Assembly: GCA_965205505.1 (NCBI GenBank)
Contig: CBDBHB010000008.1
Location: 928,001-992,000 of the forward strand
From: Acidobacteriota bacterium
GTDB lineage: Bacteria; Acidobacteriota; UBA890; WLXD01
Length of the DNA: 64,000 nucleotides
Reading direction: 5' to 3'
Shown: positions 51,199-61,100 of the stretch, piece after piece
How the letters are laid out: each line of letters opens with the position of its first letter
Position numbering within the stretch: position 1 is the first letter of the stretch
Made by a program: the position numbers and the translations under genes
Notes under the pieces: generated by a model
The model's input: the letters and a program-made list of their open reading frames with translations, nothing else
The model's database searches: none
Told to the model about the DNA's origin: nothing

Positions 51199-52536
51199 GT
51201 GCGGAAGAGCTCTGGTGGATCTGGTTACGGCGTCGCGGGGCCAATCGTCTTGCTGCTGCTGGCTGTTTCTCTCGCTCTCGCGGCAGTGGCCGGGCTAGTG
51301 GCCCAATCGCCCACTGAGGCGGCGTCCTGGCGGCAGTGGGGCGGGCCGCACCGGAACTTCATCTCCGACGCGACGAGCCTTGCCGACTCATGGCCCCCGG
51401 GAGGCCCCAGAGAAGTCTGGAGTCGACCGCTCGGCCTGGGCCATTCGACGATCGTCGTCGACGGCGCCCATCTCTACACCATGTACCGGCCGCACCTCGA
51501 GGAAGCACGGCCCAACCAATGGGCCGGCGAGGAGCTCGTCATCGCGCTAGAGGCCGCCACCGGAGAGACGATCTGGGAGTACCCCTACGGCGCTCAGCCC
51601 TTGAACTTCAGATTCGGGGCGGGGCCGCACGCGACGCCGCTCATCGTCGGCGATCGGCTGTTCACCTCAGGCACGAACAAGCAGATCCACGCCTTCGACA
51701 AGCGGACCGGCGAAGTTCTTTGGTCGCACGATCTCGTCGCCGAGTACGATGCGCCGCCGACGTTGATCCGGCCGGCCGTAACGGCTGGCTACGCCTCCAG
51801 CCCCCTGGCGTACAACAACACGGTGATCGTGACCGCCGGGGGCGACGGCCAGTCGGTGATGGCCTTCAACCAGAGCGACGGTTCGCTGGTCTGGAAGAAC
51901 GGTGACTTCCTGGTCGCGCCGTCTTCGCCGATCCTGATCGAGCTCGAGGACGAGACCCAGCTCGTTGTGGTGGGAGGCCGGACGGTCAACGGGCTGAACC
52001 CGGACACCGGTGAGATCCTCTGGAGCCATCCGCACGACACCAACGGCGACATGAACAACACGACGGCGGTGTGGGGACAGGACAACGTGTTGTTCGTGTC
52101 ATCGGCCTACAACGGGGGCAGCCGCGGCATGCGTTTGTCCAAAGCGGGCGACGACACGGAGGTCGACGAGCTCTGGTTTACTCGCGACATGCAGATCATG
52201 TTCGGTAGCACGATTCGGTTGGGTGACTTCATCTACGGAAGCAGCGGCGGTTTCGGACCGGCATTCATCACGGCGCTCGACCTGCGAACGGGCACCGCGG
52301 CGTGGCGCGAGCGAGGCTTCTCCCGGTCGCACTTTCTCTACGCCGATGGCAAGGCGATCATCCTCGACGAGGACGGCAACCTGGCGCTCACGGAAGTTTC
52401 GCCGGAGGGCCTGACGGTCATCTCGACGGCTGAGGTGCTGACCGGTACGTCGTGGACAGCGCCGACCCTCGTCAGCACGACCCTCTACCTGCGAGACCGG
52501 CAAACGATCAAGGCGCTGGATATCGGGAAGCGTTGA
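51199..52536 (+). CDS. PQQ-binding-like beta-propeller protein
   Basis: WRQWGGPHRN, ATGETIW, GPHATP, YASSP, SWTAP..LYLRD. Confidence 0.88.
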   Translation: MRKSSGGSGYGVAGPIVLLLLAVSLALAAVAGLVAQSPTEAASWRQWGGPHRNFISDATSLADSWPPGGPREVWSRPLGLGHSTIVVDGAHLYTMYRPHLEEARPNQWAGEELVIALEAATGETIWEYPYGAQPLNFRFGAGPHATPLIVGDRLFTSGTNKQIHAFDKRTGEVLWSHDLVAEYDAPPTLIRPAVTAGYASSPLAYNNTVIVTAGGDGQSVMAFNQSDGSLVWKNGDFLVAPSSPILIELEDETQLVVVGGRTVNGLNPDTGEILWSHPHDTNGDMNNTTAVWGQDNVLFVSSAYNGGSRGMRLSKAGDDTEVDELWFTRDMQIMFGSTIRLGDFIYGSSGGFGPAFITALDLRTGTAAWRERGFSRSHFLYADGKAIILDEDGNLALTEVSPEGLTVISTAEVLTGTSWTAPTLVSTTLYLRDRQTIKALDIGKR

Positions 52537-52564
52537 GCCCGGACCCTCCACGATATCTCTGCAA

Positions 52565-53539
52565 CTACCGCAGGTTCGGCGACCAAGACGGGAATCGGTC
52601 ATTGCCCGGACTACTCGTCAGTCTCGTCTGATCAGAGCCATCTATTCGCATGCTGTAAACGTCCCAATGCCCATGCCTGTTGGTTTCAAATACGATCTTC
52701 GAGCCATCCGGCGACCATCGGGCGTGGCGATCTTCGTAGGCGGGTTGTCTTTCCACGGAATATAGGGGTGTGGACAACTTCTTCTCATTGGTCCCAGTGG
52801 AATCCATCACAGAGATGCTCATGCGATTCTAATCGAAAAGTATCAGCGCGCCGTCCGGTGACCATGATGGAAATCCGTTGGCATCGGAGTTATCGGTCAA
52901 TCTCACCAGATTCGTGCCGTCCAGGTCGATCACGAAAATGTCAACGTCGCCGCCCAGGTGCGGATCCGTGTCAGATTCGATGATGACTCGAGACCCATCA
53001 GGTGACCAGACAGGAACTTTTGCGTTGATGACACTGTCGGTTATTCTCCGCTGGTTGGATCCGTCGAGGTTCATGACATATGCCTCAACGTGTCCATCGC
53101 GGCCTGTACTAAAGGCGATTCGAGAACCGTCGGGGGCCCAACTCGGGAAATTGTCATCGTAGCTATTAGAGGTCAGTCTTCGTTGGCTCGAACCGTCCAT
53201 ATTCATCAGGTAAATTTCCCAGTTTCCGTCCCTTTCAGATTCGAACGCGAGCATTGAACCGTCCGGCGACCAGGAAGGATGGCGATCTGCGGCGGGATTG
53301 TCTGTGATCCTTCTCTGAGTCGATCCATCGGTGCTCATCACGTAGATTTCCCAGTTTCCGTCCCTATCAGAATCAAATGCGATCATCGATTTTTCATCGT
53401 AGGCGTTTTCAGTACGGGATATCATGTGGAATCTCGTGTCGTCGCAGGGGTCATGTTCAGTCTCTGCGCCGGCTGCAATTACAAGAAGCGACAAGACTAT
53501 CGAAAGCTGTACCTTCATCGACATTGTCCTCGCTTTCAT
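52565..53539 (-). CDS. TolB-like PD40-repeat protein, one frameshift near 52830
   Basis: Repeated PSWSPDG / [12 protein letters not shown] units continue across two frames. Confidence 0.85.
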
Positions 53540-53748
53540 ATCGTTGCCGACCTCAGCAACCCTGATTGGAATGCGGGTCGTTTATCCAACATCCGGTGCA
53601 ACAGGTTGCACGATCGCGCGTTGCCAGAACCGTTTCTGGAACTGCCAATCGGATCGCGATTCTGCCGTCGAATCGGTCGGATGACAACCACCCCTGCCCC
53701 ACTCTGGGGTGGCTTCCCGAGCCGTCGGCACGAACCCGTCTCGGACGG

Positions 53749-54594
53749 ATGAACAAGCGCACCTTCGGCCCCACGGGCTTGGACGTTCCAGTCATCGGGC
53801 AGGGCACCTGGGAGATGGAGCTGTGCGATCGTGCCGCGGCGAGCCGGGCGCTGCACCGCGGCCTCGATCTGGGCGCGACGCACATCGACACCGCTGAGAT
53901 GTACGGCAACGGGGCGGTCGAGAAGCTCGTAGGTGAGGCGATAAGGGATCGGCGCGACGGGGTCTATCTGGTTAGCAAGGTGCTGCCGTCGAACGCGTCG
54001 CGGGCCGGGACGATCGCTGCGTGTGAGCGGTCGCTGCGGCGTCTGCGCACCGATCGGCTCGATTGCTATCTGTTGCACTGGGAAGGAAGTTATCCGCTCG
54101 CGGAGACGGTCGCCGGGTTCGAGCAACTGCTCGCCGACGGCAAGATCCGCGCCTGGGGCGTGAGCAACTTCGACGAGGCCGCCATGGCCGAGGTCGTTAC
54201 GATCGCTGGCGCCGAGAGCATCGCCTGCAACCAGGTCTGCTACTACCTGCAGGAGCGCGCTATCGAGCATGCAGTGATACCGTTTTGTGAGCGACACGGG
54301 ATCGCGGTGGTCGCGTACAGCCCGTTCGGCTCGGGCTCATTTCCTCCCGCGCGCTCTCCGGGCGGCCAGCTGCTTGCGGAGATCGGCGCGAACCGCGAGG
54401 CTAGCCCCTTCCAGATCGCGCTGGCGTTTCTTTGCCGGCGCCGGGCGCAGTTCGCGATTCCGAAGAGCTCGACCGTCGCTCACGTCGAAGACAACGCCGC
54501 CGCCGGTGATCTCGCCCTTACCGACGCGGAAATCGAGCGGATCGATGCGGCCTTCCCGCTCGGCCGGCCGCGGGGCGGGATTCCGATGATCTGA
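53749..54594 (+). CDS. Aldo/keto reductase
   Basis: IGQGTW, IDTAEMYG, LVSKV, YLLHW, GVSNF, AYSP, AIPKS. Confidence 0.93.
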   Translation: MNKRTFGPTGLDVPVIGQGTWEMELCDRAAASRALHRGLDLGATHIDTAEMYGNGAVEKLVGEAIRDRRDGVYLVSKVLPSNASRAGTIAACERSLRRLRTDRLDCYLLHWEGSYPLAETVAGFEQLLADGKIRAWGVSNFDEAAMAEVVTIAGAESIACNQVCYYLQERAIEHAVIPFCERHGIAVVAYSPFGSGSFPPARSPGGQLLAEIGANREASPFQIALAFLCRRRAQFAIPKSSTVAHVEDNAAAGDLALTDAEIERIDAAFPLGRPRGGIPMI

Positions 54595-54631
54595 GAGCAG
54601 TTTCAGTGAGCTCCGACGGGCTTCCAGCGCT

Positions 54632-55903
54632 TTGAGCGAGAAACTCTCCCGAAGCCTTACTTTCATCGGACTCCTCGGCTTCGGCTTCAACATCATGATC
54701 GGCTCCGGCATGTTCTTCCTGCCGGGCAGGGCGATGGCCATCATGGGGCCGGCCTCGATACTCGCTGGAGTGGCAGCACTCTCGATCGCGGCATTGCTGG
54801 TTTTCTGTTTCGCCGAGCTCAGCAGCCAGTTCACCCAGACCGGTGGACCGATTCTCTACACCCACGCGACGCTGGGGCCAGCAGCCGCGTTTGGCGTGGG
54901 TTGGCTGGGCTACCTATCCCGAGTTTCTTCGAACGCGGCGCTCGTCGTGATCTTTGCAACGTCCGCGGTGACGGCGTTTCCAACGCTCAGCGGCCTGGAG
55001 TCCGTCCTGATCGCGGCATTCGTGGCGCTGCTGCTGGTCATCAACCTTCGCAACGTGGCGTTCAACGCCAGGGTCATGGACATCGTTCTCGTGCTGAAGG
55101 TCATCCCGTTGCTGGCGTTCATCGGCTGGGGGGCTTTCCATATCCAGCCGGAGAACTTCACGCCCTTCGCACCTGACGGCGTGACGAGGCTTGGCGAAGC
55201 CACGCTGGTTATTTTCTACGCCATTGTCGGCTTCGAAATGATGACGGTCGTCGCAGGTGAGGCACAGGACCCGCAGCGGAATGTACCCAGAACGCTGTTC
55301 GTCGTTGTCCTGACGAGCGGCGCGTTGCTGTTTTCGCTGTTCGTCGTCCTGATCGGCGCCTTCCCGGAGGCCGCACTTTCTGACAGCCCCGTTGCCGACG
55401 CGGCCCTGTCGATCATGGGCCCTGCCGGCCGTCTCATCGGCGTCGGCATCCTGCTATCGGTGATCGGGGTCAATCTGAGCTGCGCTCTGGCAACACCGCG
55501 CTACCTGTATGCGATGTCCCTCGAGGGGTCCCTGCCGCGCGTGTTCGCGCGGGTGTCGTTGGGCGGACAAGTGCCCTATGTTGCCGTGCTCTTGAGCAGT
55601 GGCCTGACGTACGTTCTGACGATCGGTAACAGCTACGTAGCTCTGGCCGTGCTCTCGGTCATCGCCCGGATCGTCCAGTACATGGCGAGCTGCGTTGCGT
55701 TGCTGATCCTTCGATCCCATCAGGAGCCACAGGAGCCAGGCGAGGTTCGATTCCGTGCGCCGGCCGGCCGTTTCGTGGCCGCTGCCGCACTGCTCGTTTG
55801 TGTTTGGCTTCTCTCGTCTGCTACCAGCAGCCAACTGCTGTGGACAGCGGTCGCATTGCTCGCCGGCTATGTTCTCTACTATGCCAACAAGGCACTCGCG
55901 TAG
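54632..55903 (+). CDS. APC family amino acid/polyamine permease
   Basis: IGSGMF, FAELSSQF..TGG, YAIVGFE, AGEAQDPQRNVP; multiple TM segments. Confidence 0.92.
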   Translation: MSEKLSRSLTFIGLLGFGFNIMIGSGMFFLPGRAMAIMGPASILAGVAALSIAALLVFCFAELSSQFTQTGGPILYTHATLGPAAAFGVGWLGYLSRVSSNAALVVIFATSAVTAFPTLSGLESVLIAAFVALLLVINLRNVAFNARVMDIVLVLKVIPLLAFIGWGAFHIQPENFTPFAPDGVTRLGEATLVIFYAIVGFEMMTVVAGEAQDPQRNVPRTLFVVVLTSGALLFSLFVVLIGAFPEAALSDSPVADAALSIMGPAGRLIGVGILLSVIGVNLSCALATPRYLYAMSLEGSLPRVFARVSLGGQVPYVAVLLSSGLTYVLTIGNSYVALAVLSVIARIVQYMASCVALLILRSHQEPQEPGEVRFRAPAGRFVAAAALLVCVWLLSSATSSQLLWTAVALLAGYVLYYANKALA

Positions 55904-55928
55904 CCGCAATAGGCCGGCACCCTTGCTG

Positions 55929-56513
55929 TCAGTCACGCAAGTTGATCTTGGCGCTCTCCGGTTGTTCCTGTACACGATCCAGCAGTTCGTAGCCACCTTG
56001 CATCGCTTCCTGGTCTCCGTTCGGGGCCCAGTCTGCCCAAACGACAACCGCCTTTTCTTCCGAAATGATTTCGAGGCTATGTACTGCGTTCGGTCTCATG
56101 TAGACGGTCGAGCCAGGTGTGGCGATGAATTCCTCCCCGTCGACATTCCATCTCGCGCTACCTGAGATGAAGTAATACAGCTCTGGGCACGGATGTCGGT
56201 GTGAGGGATAGATTGCACCCGGACCCAGCTCGCCAACACCAAAACCTATGTCGCGGTCCGGCAAGGCCTCGCCGAATCGGCCACCTGTACCAATGAGCGT
56301 CTTCCAGCGCATGACTTCCAGCATCCGCCGCATTTCCTGTGCCCGCTCCCTGAACTCTTCCGGAATACTCGCCGCATCTGCGGCGACCAGTTCGGGCCAC
56401 GGAACATCATGTTCGTTCAGGTGAACTGCCGATTCGAGATCGTCAACGACCTGGCCAGACAACGGCATAACCACCAACAGGGCAACTACGAATCCGGAAA
56501 TGAACCTAAGCAT
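55929..56513 (-). CDS. Secreted cupin resembling DddK/DddW-type DMSP lyases
   Basis: Signal peptide; RWKTLI...GVGELGPGAIYPSHRHPCPELYY..SG...VYMRPNAVH. Confidence 0.75.
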   Translation of the reverse strand: MLRFISGFVVALLVVMPLSGQVVDDLESAVHLNEHDVPWPELVAADAASIPEEFRERAQEMRRMLEVMRWKTLIGTGGRFGEALPDRDIGFGVGELGPGAIYPSHRHPCPELYYFISGSARWNVDGEEFIATPGSTVYMRPNAVHSLEIISEEKAVVVWADWAPNGDQEAMQGGYELLDRVQEQPESAKINLRD

Positions 56514-56665
56514 GACCTGCTCCTTTGGCGAAACTCTTTCGGTCGGGACATTCTAATTCAGTACAAGATGTTGACAATCAAACGGCGGACGCGAGGTCGA
56601 CGGGCAACACGTAAGCCATCGGATGCCTCGACGGCGCCCTCAACATGGGGGGCGGTGCGGTCCGC

Positions 56666-57298
56666 TCAGAGTCCGAGCAGGTAACGGAAGCCGATCTCGA
56701 GACGGCTACCGGGGTTGCGCGCGGTGGCCAGCTGAAGCGGCGTGCTCAGCGGATCGCGCCACAGTGCCCAGACTCGAGTCTCTCCGTTTAGGTGGCTGGT
56801 GAGAGCATACACGCGTCCCACCTCCTGCAGACCGCCGACACTACGGGTCTTGCCGTAACGAAACTCGAGCTCGAGGAACTTCACCGCGCGCTCGTTGTGG
56901 ATCCAGGGCCACGCCGGGGGCCACGGTATTCCCAACAGCGCCGCGTAGACCCGCGTCGTCGAGCCCGATACGGAATCGTGGTTCTCGCTGGCCTCGGCTG
57001 CGAGCTGGGGGACGTTGCGATCGGCGTCCGTGTCCAGCACGCCGAAGAGGAAGGCGCGGTTGCCCAGGCGAAAGCGGATGCGGCCGCTCGAAGCCTCATC
57101 CGAGGTGCGGGCCACCAGGTCCAGATCCACGAGCTGGATGCCGCCGCAGGCCCCCGGGCTGCATGGCATTGGCAGATGATCCACCGGATAGTCGATCTGT
57201 TCTTGGCCGCTCGTAGTGACCTGCGGCGGCTGTTGGGCACAGACCCCGGTGGGCCAGATCGTGACTACCGCCACCGTGATCAGTAGCCCGTTGTTCAT
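56666..57298 (-). CDS. Secreted hypothetical protein
   Basis: Signal-like N-terminus; start overlaps the upstream gene stop; beta-strand-like C-terminus RLEIGFRY. Confidence 0.6.
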   Translation of the reverse strand: MNNGLLITVAVVTIWPTGVCAQQPPQVTTSGQEQIDYPVDHLPMPCSPGACGGIQLVDLDLVARTSDEASSGRIRFRLGNRAFLFGVLDTDADRNVPQLAAEASENHDSVSGSTTRVYAALLGIPWPPAWPWIHNERAVKFLELEFRYGKTRSVGGLQEVGRVYALTSHLNGETRVWALWRDPLSTPLQLATARNPGSRLEIGFRYLLGL

Positions 57299-58449
57299 AG
57301 CGCCGCCCGCGCCGAGTCGAGCACGCGCTGGTCATCGTCGGTCGGAAAGTAGCGGGTGATGTCGGGCACGAGTTGCTCGTACGGCAATGTCACCGCACCG
57401 CCGGCAGCGGCTCGCACCCGGCTCAGGAGGTGCTCGTACAGATCGACGGACTCTATTGAGGAGGCGAAATCGGACTCGATGGATTCAATGCGGATGAGAC
57501 GAAAGTCGTCGGGCTCGAGGTCGAACAGTACGAAGTGATAGATGCGCTCGGCGGTCGCAATCTCCGCACGCATGCGAGCATTGCTGTCGGTGAACCAGGG
57601 CAGGTGGTTGGCTGTGCCGCGCGCGCCGGTCTCGGTGATCCAGACCGGCTTGTCGGTCATGCTGCCCAGCAGCTCGATCGCACGCTCGTCATATACGTGC
57701 ATCGCAACGACGTCGCAATGCTCTTCCAGCCCCGCCTCGATCATCTGCCGCAGCCTGAAGATGCCGTCACGTCCGCCGACGGGGGCAGCGGCCACGACGC
57801 GGAGGTCGGGACGCCGCGCCTTCAGGTCGCGGTAGGTAGGTGCGAGGAACAGCCGGACGTAGTCCTCGGGCCGCAGGCCGAGGAAATTGCCGGGCTCGTT
57901 GAGCACCTGAAAAGCCACGCTGCTGAGCTCGCCGGCGCGCCGGCGGGCAGGTGACACCTCGCCGGCGAACAGCGTCAGGTAGGTGTCGACAACCAGGGCG
58001 CGTTGCCGCGGGCGTCTCAGGGCGCGGGTCAGATCGTGCCCGCTACCGAACTGACCGAGGATTGCCAGCACGTCGACGCCGAGAGCACGTGCGGAGCGGA
58101 CATAGGGGATCGCGCCGACGAGGTCGGCGCCGAAGCCGTTGAACGAGACCGTCGTACGGATGGACTCGAACCCCAGCTCGTAAACCTCGCGCATCTGCAG
58201 ATCGACGAGCCGGGGAACGATCAGCGGCGGGCTGAAGTCTGAGACCTGATCGAAGCGTCGCACCGGCTGCAAGTTGAGCCCGCCGTTGACCCGTGGGACC
58301 ACGATGTGACGGCCACGGCGCCGCTGTTCGGTTCGCACTCGCCGCAGACTCAGCGCCAGACCGGCAGCCACGAATCGACGGCGACTGAACACGCGCTCCA
58401 CCTCCCGTTCCCGTGCCTGATCGACGACGACATCCAGGCTGGCGCCCAA
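57295..58449 (-). CDS. Clan GH-A glycoside hydrolase-like protein, possible Tat signal
   Basis: FQVLNEP acid/base and KPVWITETG nucleophile motifs, DVVAMHVY; SRRRFVAAG near the start. Confidence 0.75.
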   Translation of the reverse strand: MGASLDVVVDQAREREVERVFSRRRFVAAGLALSLRRVRTEQRRRGRHIVVPRVNGGLNLQPVRRFDQVSDFSPPLIVPRLVDLQMREVYELGFESIRTTVSFNGFGADLVGAIPYVRSARALGVDVLAILGQFGSGHDLTRALRRPRQRALVVDTYLTLFAGEVSPARRRAGELSSVAFQVLNEPGNFLGLRPEDYVRLFLAPTYRDLKARRPDLRVVAAAPVGGRDGIFRLRQMIEAGLEEHCDVVAMHVYDERAIELLGSMTDKPVWITETGARGTANHLPWFTDSNARMRAEIATAERIYHFVLFDLEPDDFRLIRIESIESDFASSIESVDLYEHLLSRVRAAAGGAVTLPYEQLVPDITRYFPTDDDQRVLDSARAAL

Positions 58450-58452
58450 GTT

Positions 58453-59883
58453 TCAGCGGATGAGCCGTATTCCGGGGTCCGGCGGATAAGGGAACTCGAC
58501 GCCGTCTTCCGTCACTACCGCACCGTCATGGAAGGCGATGTAAATGTGCTTGCCCCTCCCCCACGCAGGTACTGGCATGTGGATCATGTACTCGAACGTG
58601 AAGGTGTGCAGCACCGGGATCGTCATCTCGCGTTCCCAGTCGGAGCCGAGCGGAGAAATCCTCGGAGCAACCAAGCCGCTTCGTCCCACGGCGTGCACAT
58701 CCAGATGCACCTGCGTCTTGTGAGGGTCGGCCGTCGAGTCGTATTGGTCGACCGGATTGTAGTGGTAGCCCGCCTCTTCGATCTTCCGGATCAGCAGGTC
58801 GAGGGTCTCCCCTGCCGTGCGCCCGGCAACGATGTTGTCGAGTAGCATCTGGCGGGTCTCGAGCGCAACTCGCCAGATCTCTTCGATCTCCGGCGGTGCT
58901 TCCGTCTCGCCCTCGCGCAGCAAGTAGGCGTTGCCCCCGAGGTCCGACGAGAAGATCCGGTTGCCGGCGCCGTGAAGAATCGTGAAGACGTCGCCCGGCT
59001 GCAGGACATAAGGCTGCGGATCTCCAGTGTGGAACTCGACGCCGTCAGGATCGCGGCGGAAAACGTTGCCCTCCAGGTCGCGGAGCTCGGTTACTCCCGG
59101 CACGACTTTGCCGAACTCGCGGTCGAGGTTGTCGGCAGCGATCAACCCGAACTGGCGATAAAGCTCGATCTCCTCGGCAACGCGACCCGCCAGGTAGTCG
59201 ATGATCAGGTGCTCGGCGGAGACCACGCGCCCGGCGTAGGTGTCGCCTAGCGCCTGCATCAAAAGGCCGTAGTCGGTGTGGGAGAGCCCGTCGGTCAGCG
59301 GGGCACGTTCCGACGCGGCCGAAAGCCCCAAATCCTCCGAGTAGTTGACGCCGATGCGGCGTGGGTCGCGTTCGGCCACGAATTCCCCCACACGGTCGAA
59401 GCGAAATTCCAGATGGTCGGTCTCATCGCCGCCGGGCTGCTCGGTGATCACACCGTCGACGAAGGTGGGCAGCTCCACGAGCGGCCGAGCGATGACGTCA
59501 TAGGCGTCTGCGTCGTCGACGTGTCCGGCGAACAGGGCCCGCTCTATTCGATCGGCTCCGCGGTCGGTGAAGACGAAGATCCCCGCGTCGCTCCCGAGCT
59601 CGAAGCTCAGCGGGTCGGGTGCCCACGGCCGCATGACATGAATCCACATGTCGATCTCGTTTTCCCGCATGATGCGCGGCAGAACCTGATCGAACTTGCT
59701 GTGGCGCACCTGGTTCTCAAGCGCCACCGAATCATCGGGCAGCACGGTGGAGGGATTCACCGTTTCGGGGTTCTGCGCCCTTGGCGGCGCAACCAGACCC
59801 ATCACACTTTCACCACGGCCTGCCAGCAGTGCCAAGAGAACGAAACAGCAAGCGGTGAGCTTCGAGAGTACGCCCATGGACAT
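58453..59883 (-). CDS. Secreted M24-fold protein
   Basis: VLPRIMRENEIDMWIH, LQPGD, SDLGGNAYLLREGETEAP, DVHAVG, FTFEY, FHDGAVV. Confidence 0.78.
   Translation of the reverse strand: MSMGVLSKLTACCFVLLALLAGRGESVMGLVAPPRAQNPETVNPSTVLPDDSVALENQVRHSKFDQVLPRIMRENEIDMWIHVMRPWAPDPLSFELGSDAGIFVFTDRGADRIERALFAGHVDDADAYDVIARPLVELPTFVDGVITEQPGGDETDHLEFRFDRVGEFVAERDPRRIGVNYSEDLGLSAASERAPLTDGLSHTDYGLLMQALGDTYAGRVVSAEHLIIDYLAGRVAEEIELYRQFGLIAADNLDREFGKVVPGVTELRDLEGNVFRRDPDGVEFHTGDPQPYVLQPGDVFTILHGAGNRIFSSDLGGNAYLLREGETEAPPEIEEIWRVALETRQMLLDNIVAGRTAGETLDLLIRKIEEAGYHYNPVDQYDSTADPHKTQVHLDVHAVGRSGLVAPRISPLGSDWEREMTIPVLHTFTFEYMIHMPVPAWGRGKHIYIAFHDGAVVTEDGVEFPYPPDPGIRLIR
59785..59826 (-). repeat. CTAG-repeat copy translated in frame within the signal peptide
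   Basis: CTGGCAGGCCGTGGTGAAAGTGTGATGGGTCTGGTTGCGCCG encodes LAGRGESVMGLVAP. Confidence 0.85.
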
Positions 59884-60367
59884 GCACGGTATCAGTGCGG
59901 ATCAGGGGCCGTCAGCAAGGACGGGGCGGGGCCGCGGCCGACAGGGTAGGCTTCGGCTGCCGCCGGCGGAGAGAGCGATTCGCTCATGCCGCCCATAGCG
60001 CCGATCCCGGCCGCTGAGCATACGGAGAGTGACGATGCAGCGTTGTGGCGCGGCACGGCAGCATCGTCTTCCACGACGCCGTCGGCACCCCGACCTCCGC
60101 GTGCTCGACGGCGGACCTCGCTGTGGTCTCCATGATCCAGTTAATGGGGTCGCCCTACCCGCTGCGTCGAGAGCTGCAGGCGCTGACCTACGGTGCGCTC
60201 ACGGAGCTGAGTGACCGGTGACGAGGTGCCGGACGGCCCTTTCGTGATGTTCCGCGGTACGGATGAGCGCCAGCGCAGGCTGCCGGATCACGCGACAGCA
60301 CCTCTATGGTTATCCTGGGGTGCCCGCATGTCGACCCGATGCCGGTGTCGCTGGGAGGGAACCAGCA

Positions 60368-60952
60368 GTGGACTCGAAGACTCTCCAGGAACTCATGGAC
60401 GAAACCAAGAGCCCCGAGGAGCAGGCCGAGATCCGCCGAGACGCTGGACGGTGCCAATCTCGACTCGAACAGATCGACCCTGGCGACATCCCGGAGCCTG
60501 CTCGCGAGCTCTTGGTGCACCAGAACGACATGACATCGACGTTGCAGGGGTTCTTCAGAGACGAGATCCACCTCCGCATCTTGGATCGACATCGAACCTC
60601 GAAGGTCTATACGCGCGAGGTCGTGCTCTGCCTCGATCGCGATGATCGGCCGGTTGAGTACGGCACGATCGATGTCCACTACACGCTCCTTCCCAAAGCT
60701 GCGCAGGCAGACGTCGAACGAGAATATCGTCCGTTTGGCGCGATCCTGGAAGACTATCGGGTTACTTATCGGTGTCGCCCAGGACCCTATTTCCGAGTCC
60801 ACGCGGACGAGCGTGTGCACAAGGCTCTACGGCTGCAGCCGCGGCCGGTCCTGTATGGCCGACGAAACCGCTTGCTCACAGAAGATGGGGCCGTACTGGC
60901 AGACGTGCTGGAGGTCCTGCCACCGTTGACCGGGCGGGATCGCGGCGCGTAA
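60368..60952 (+). CDS. Chorismate lyase/UTRA-like fold protein
   Basis: LLVHQNDMTSTL, REVVL, PVEYG, PFGAIL, LYGRRN..LADVLEVLPP. Confidence 0.65.
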   Translation: MDSKTLQELMDETKSPEEQAEIRRDAGRCQSRLEQIDPGDIPEPARELLVHQNDMTSTLQGFFRDEIHLRILDRHRTSKVYTREVVLCLDRDDRPVEYGTIDVHYTLLPKAAQADVEREYRPFGAILEDYRVTYRCRPGPYFRVHADERVHKALRLQPRPVLYGRRNRLLTEDGAVLADVLEVLPPLTGRDRGA

Positions 60953-61100
60953 GCGGGCGCCCCGTGGGCCGCCGCTCTGGGCGATCCGCAGACGATCATC
61001 GTCGGCGTAAGTGCGCTCGAAGGTGGTGAAGTCGACTACAGGGAACAGCGGAAAGCAGCCGTTCGGTAGCAGGAAGAAGTACGCCCCGGTTAACGGCGCG

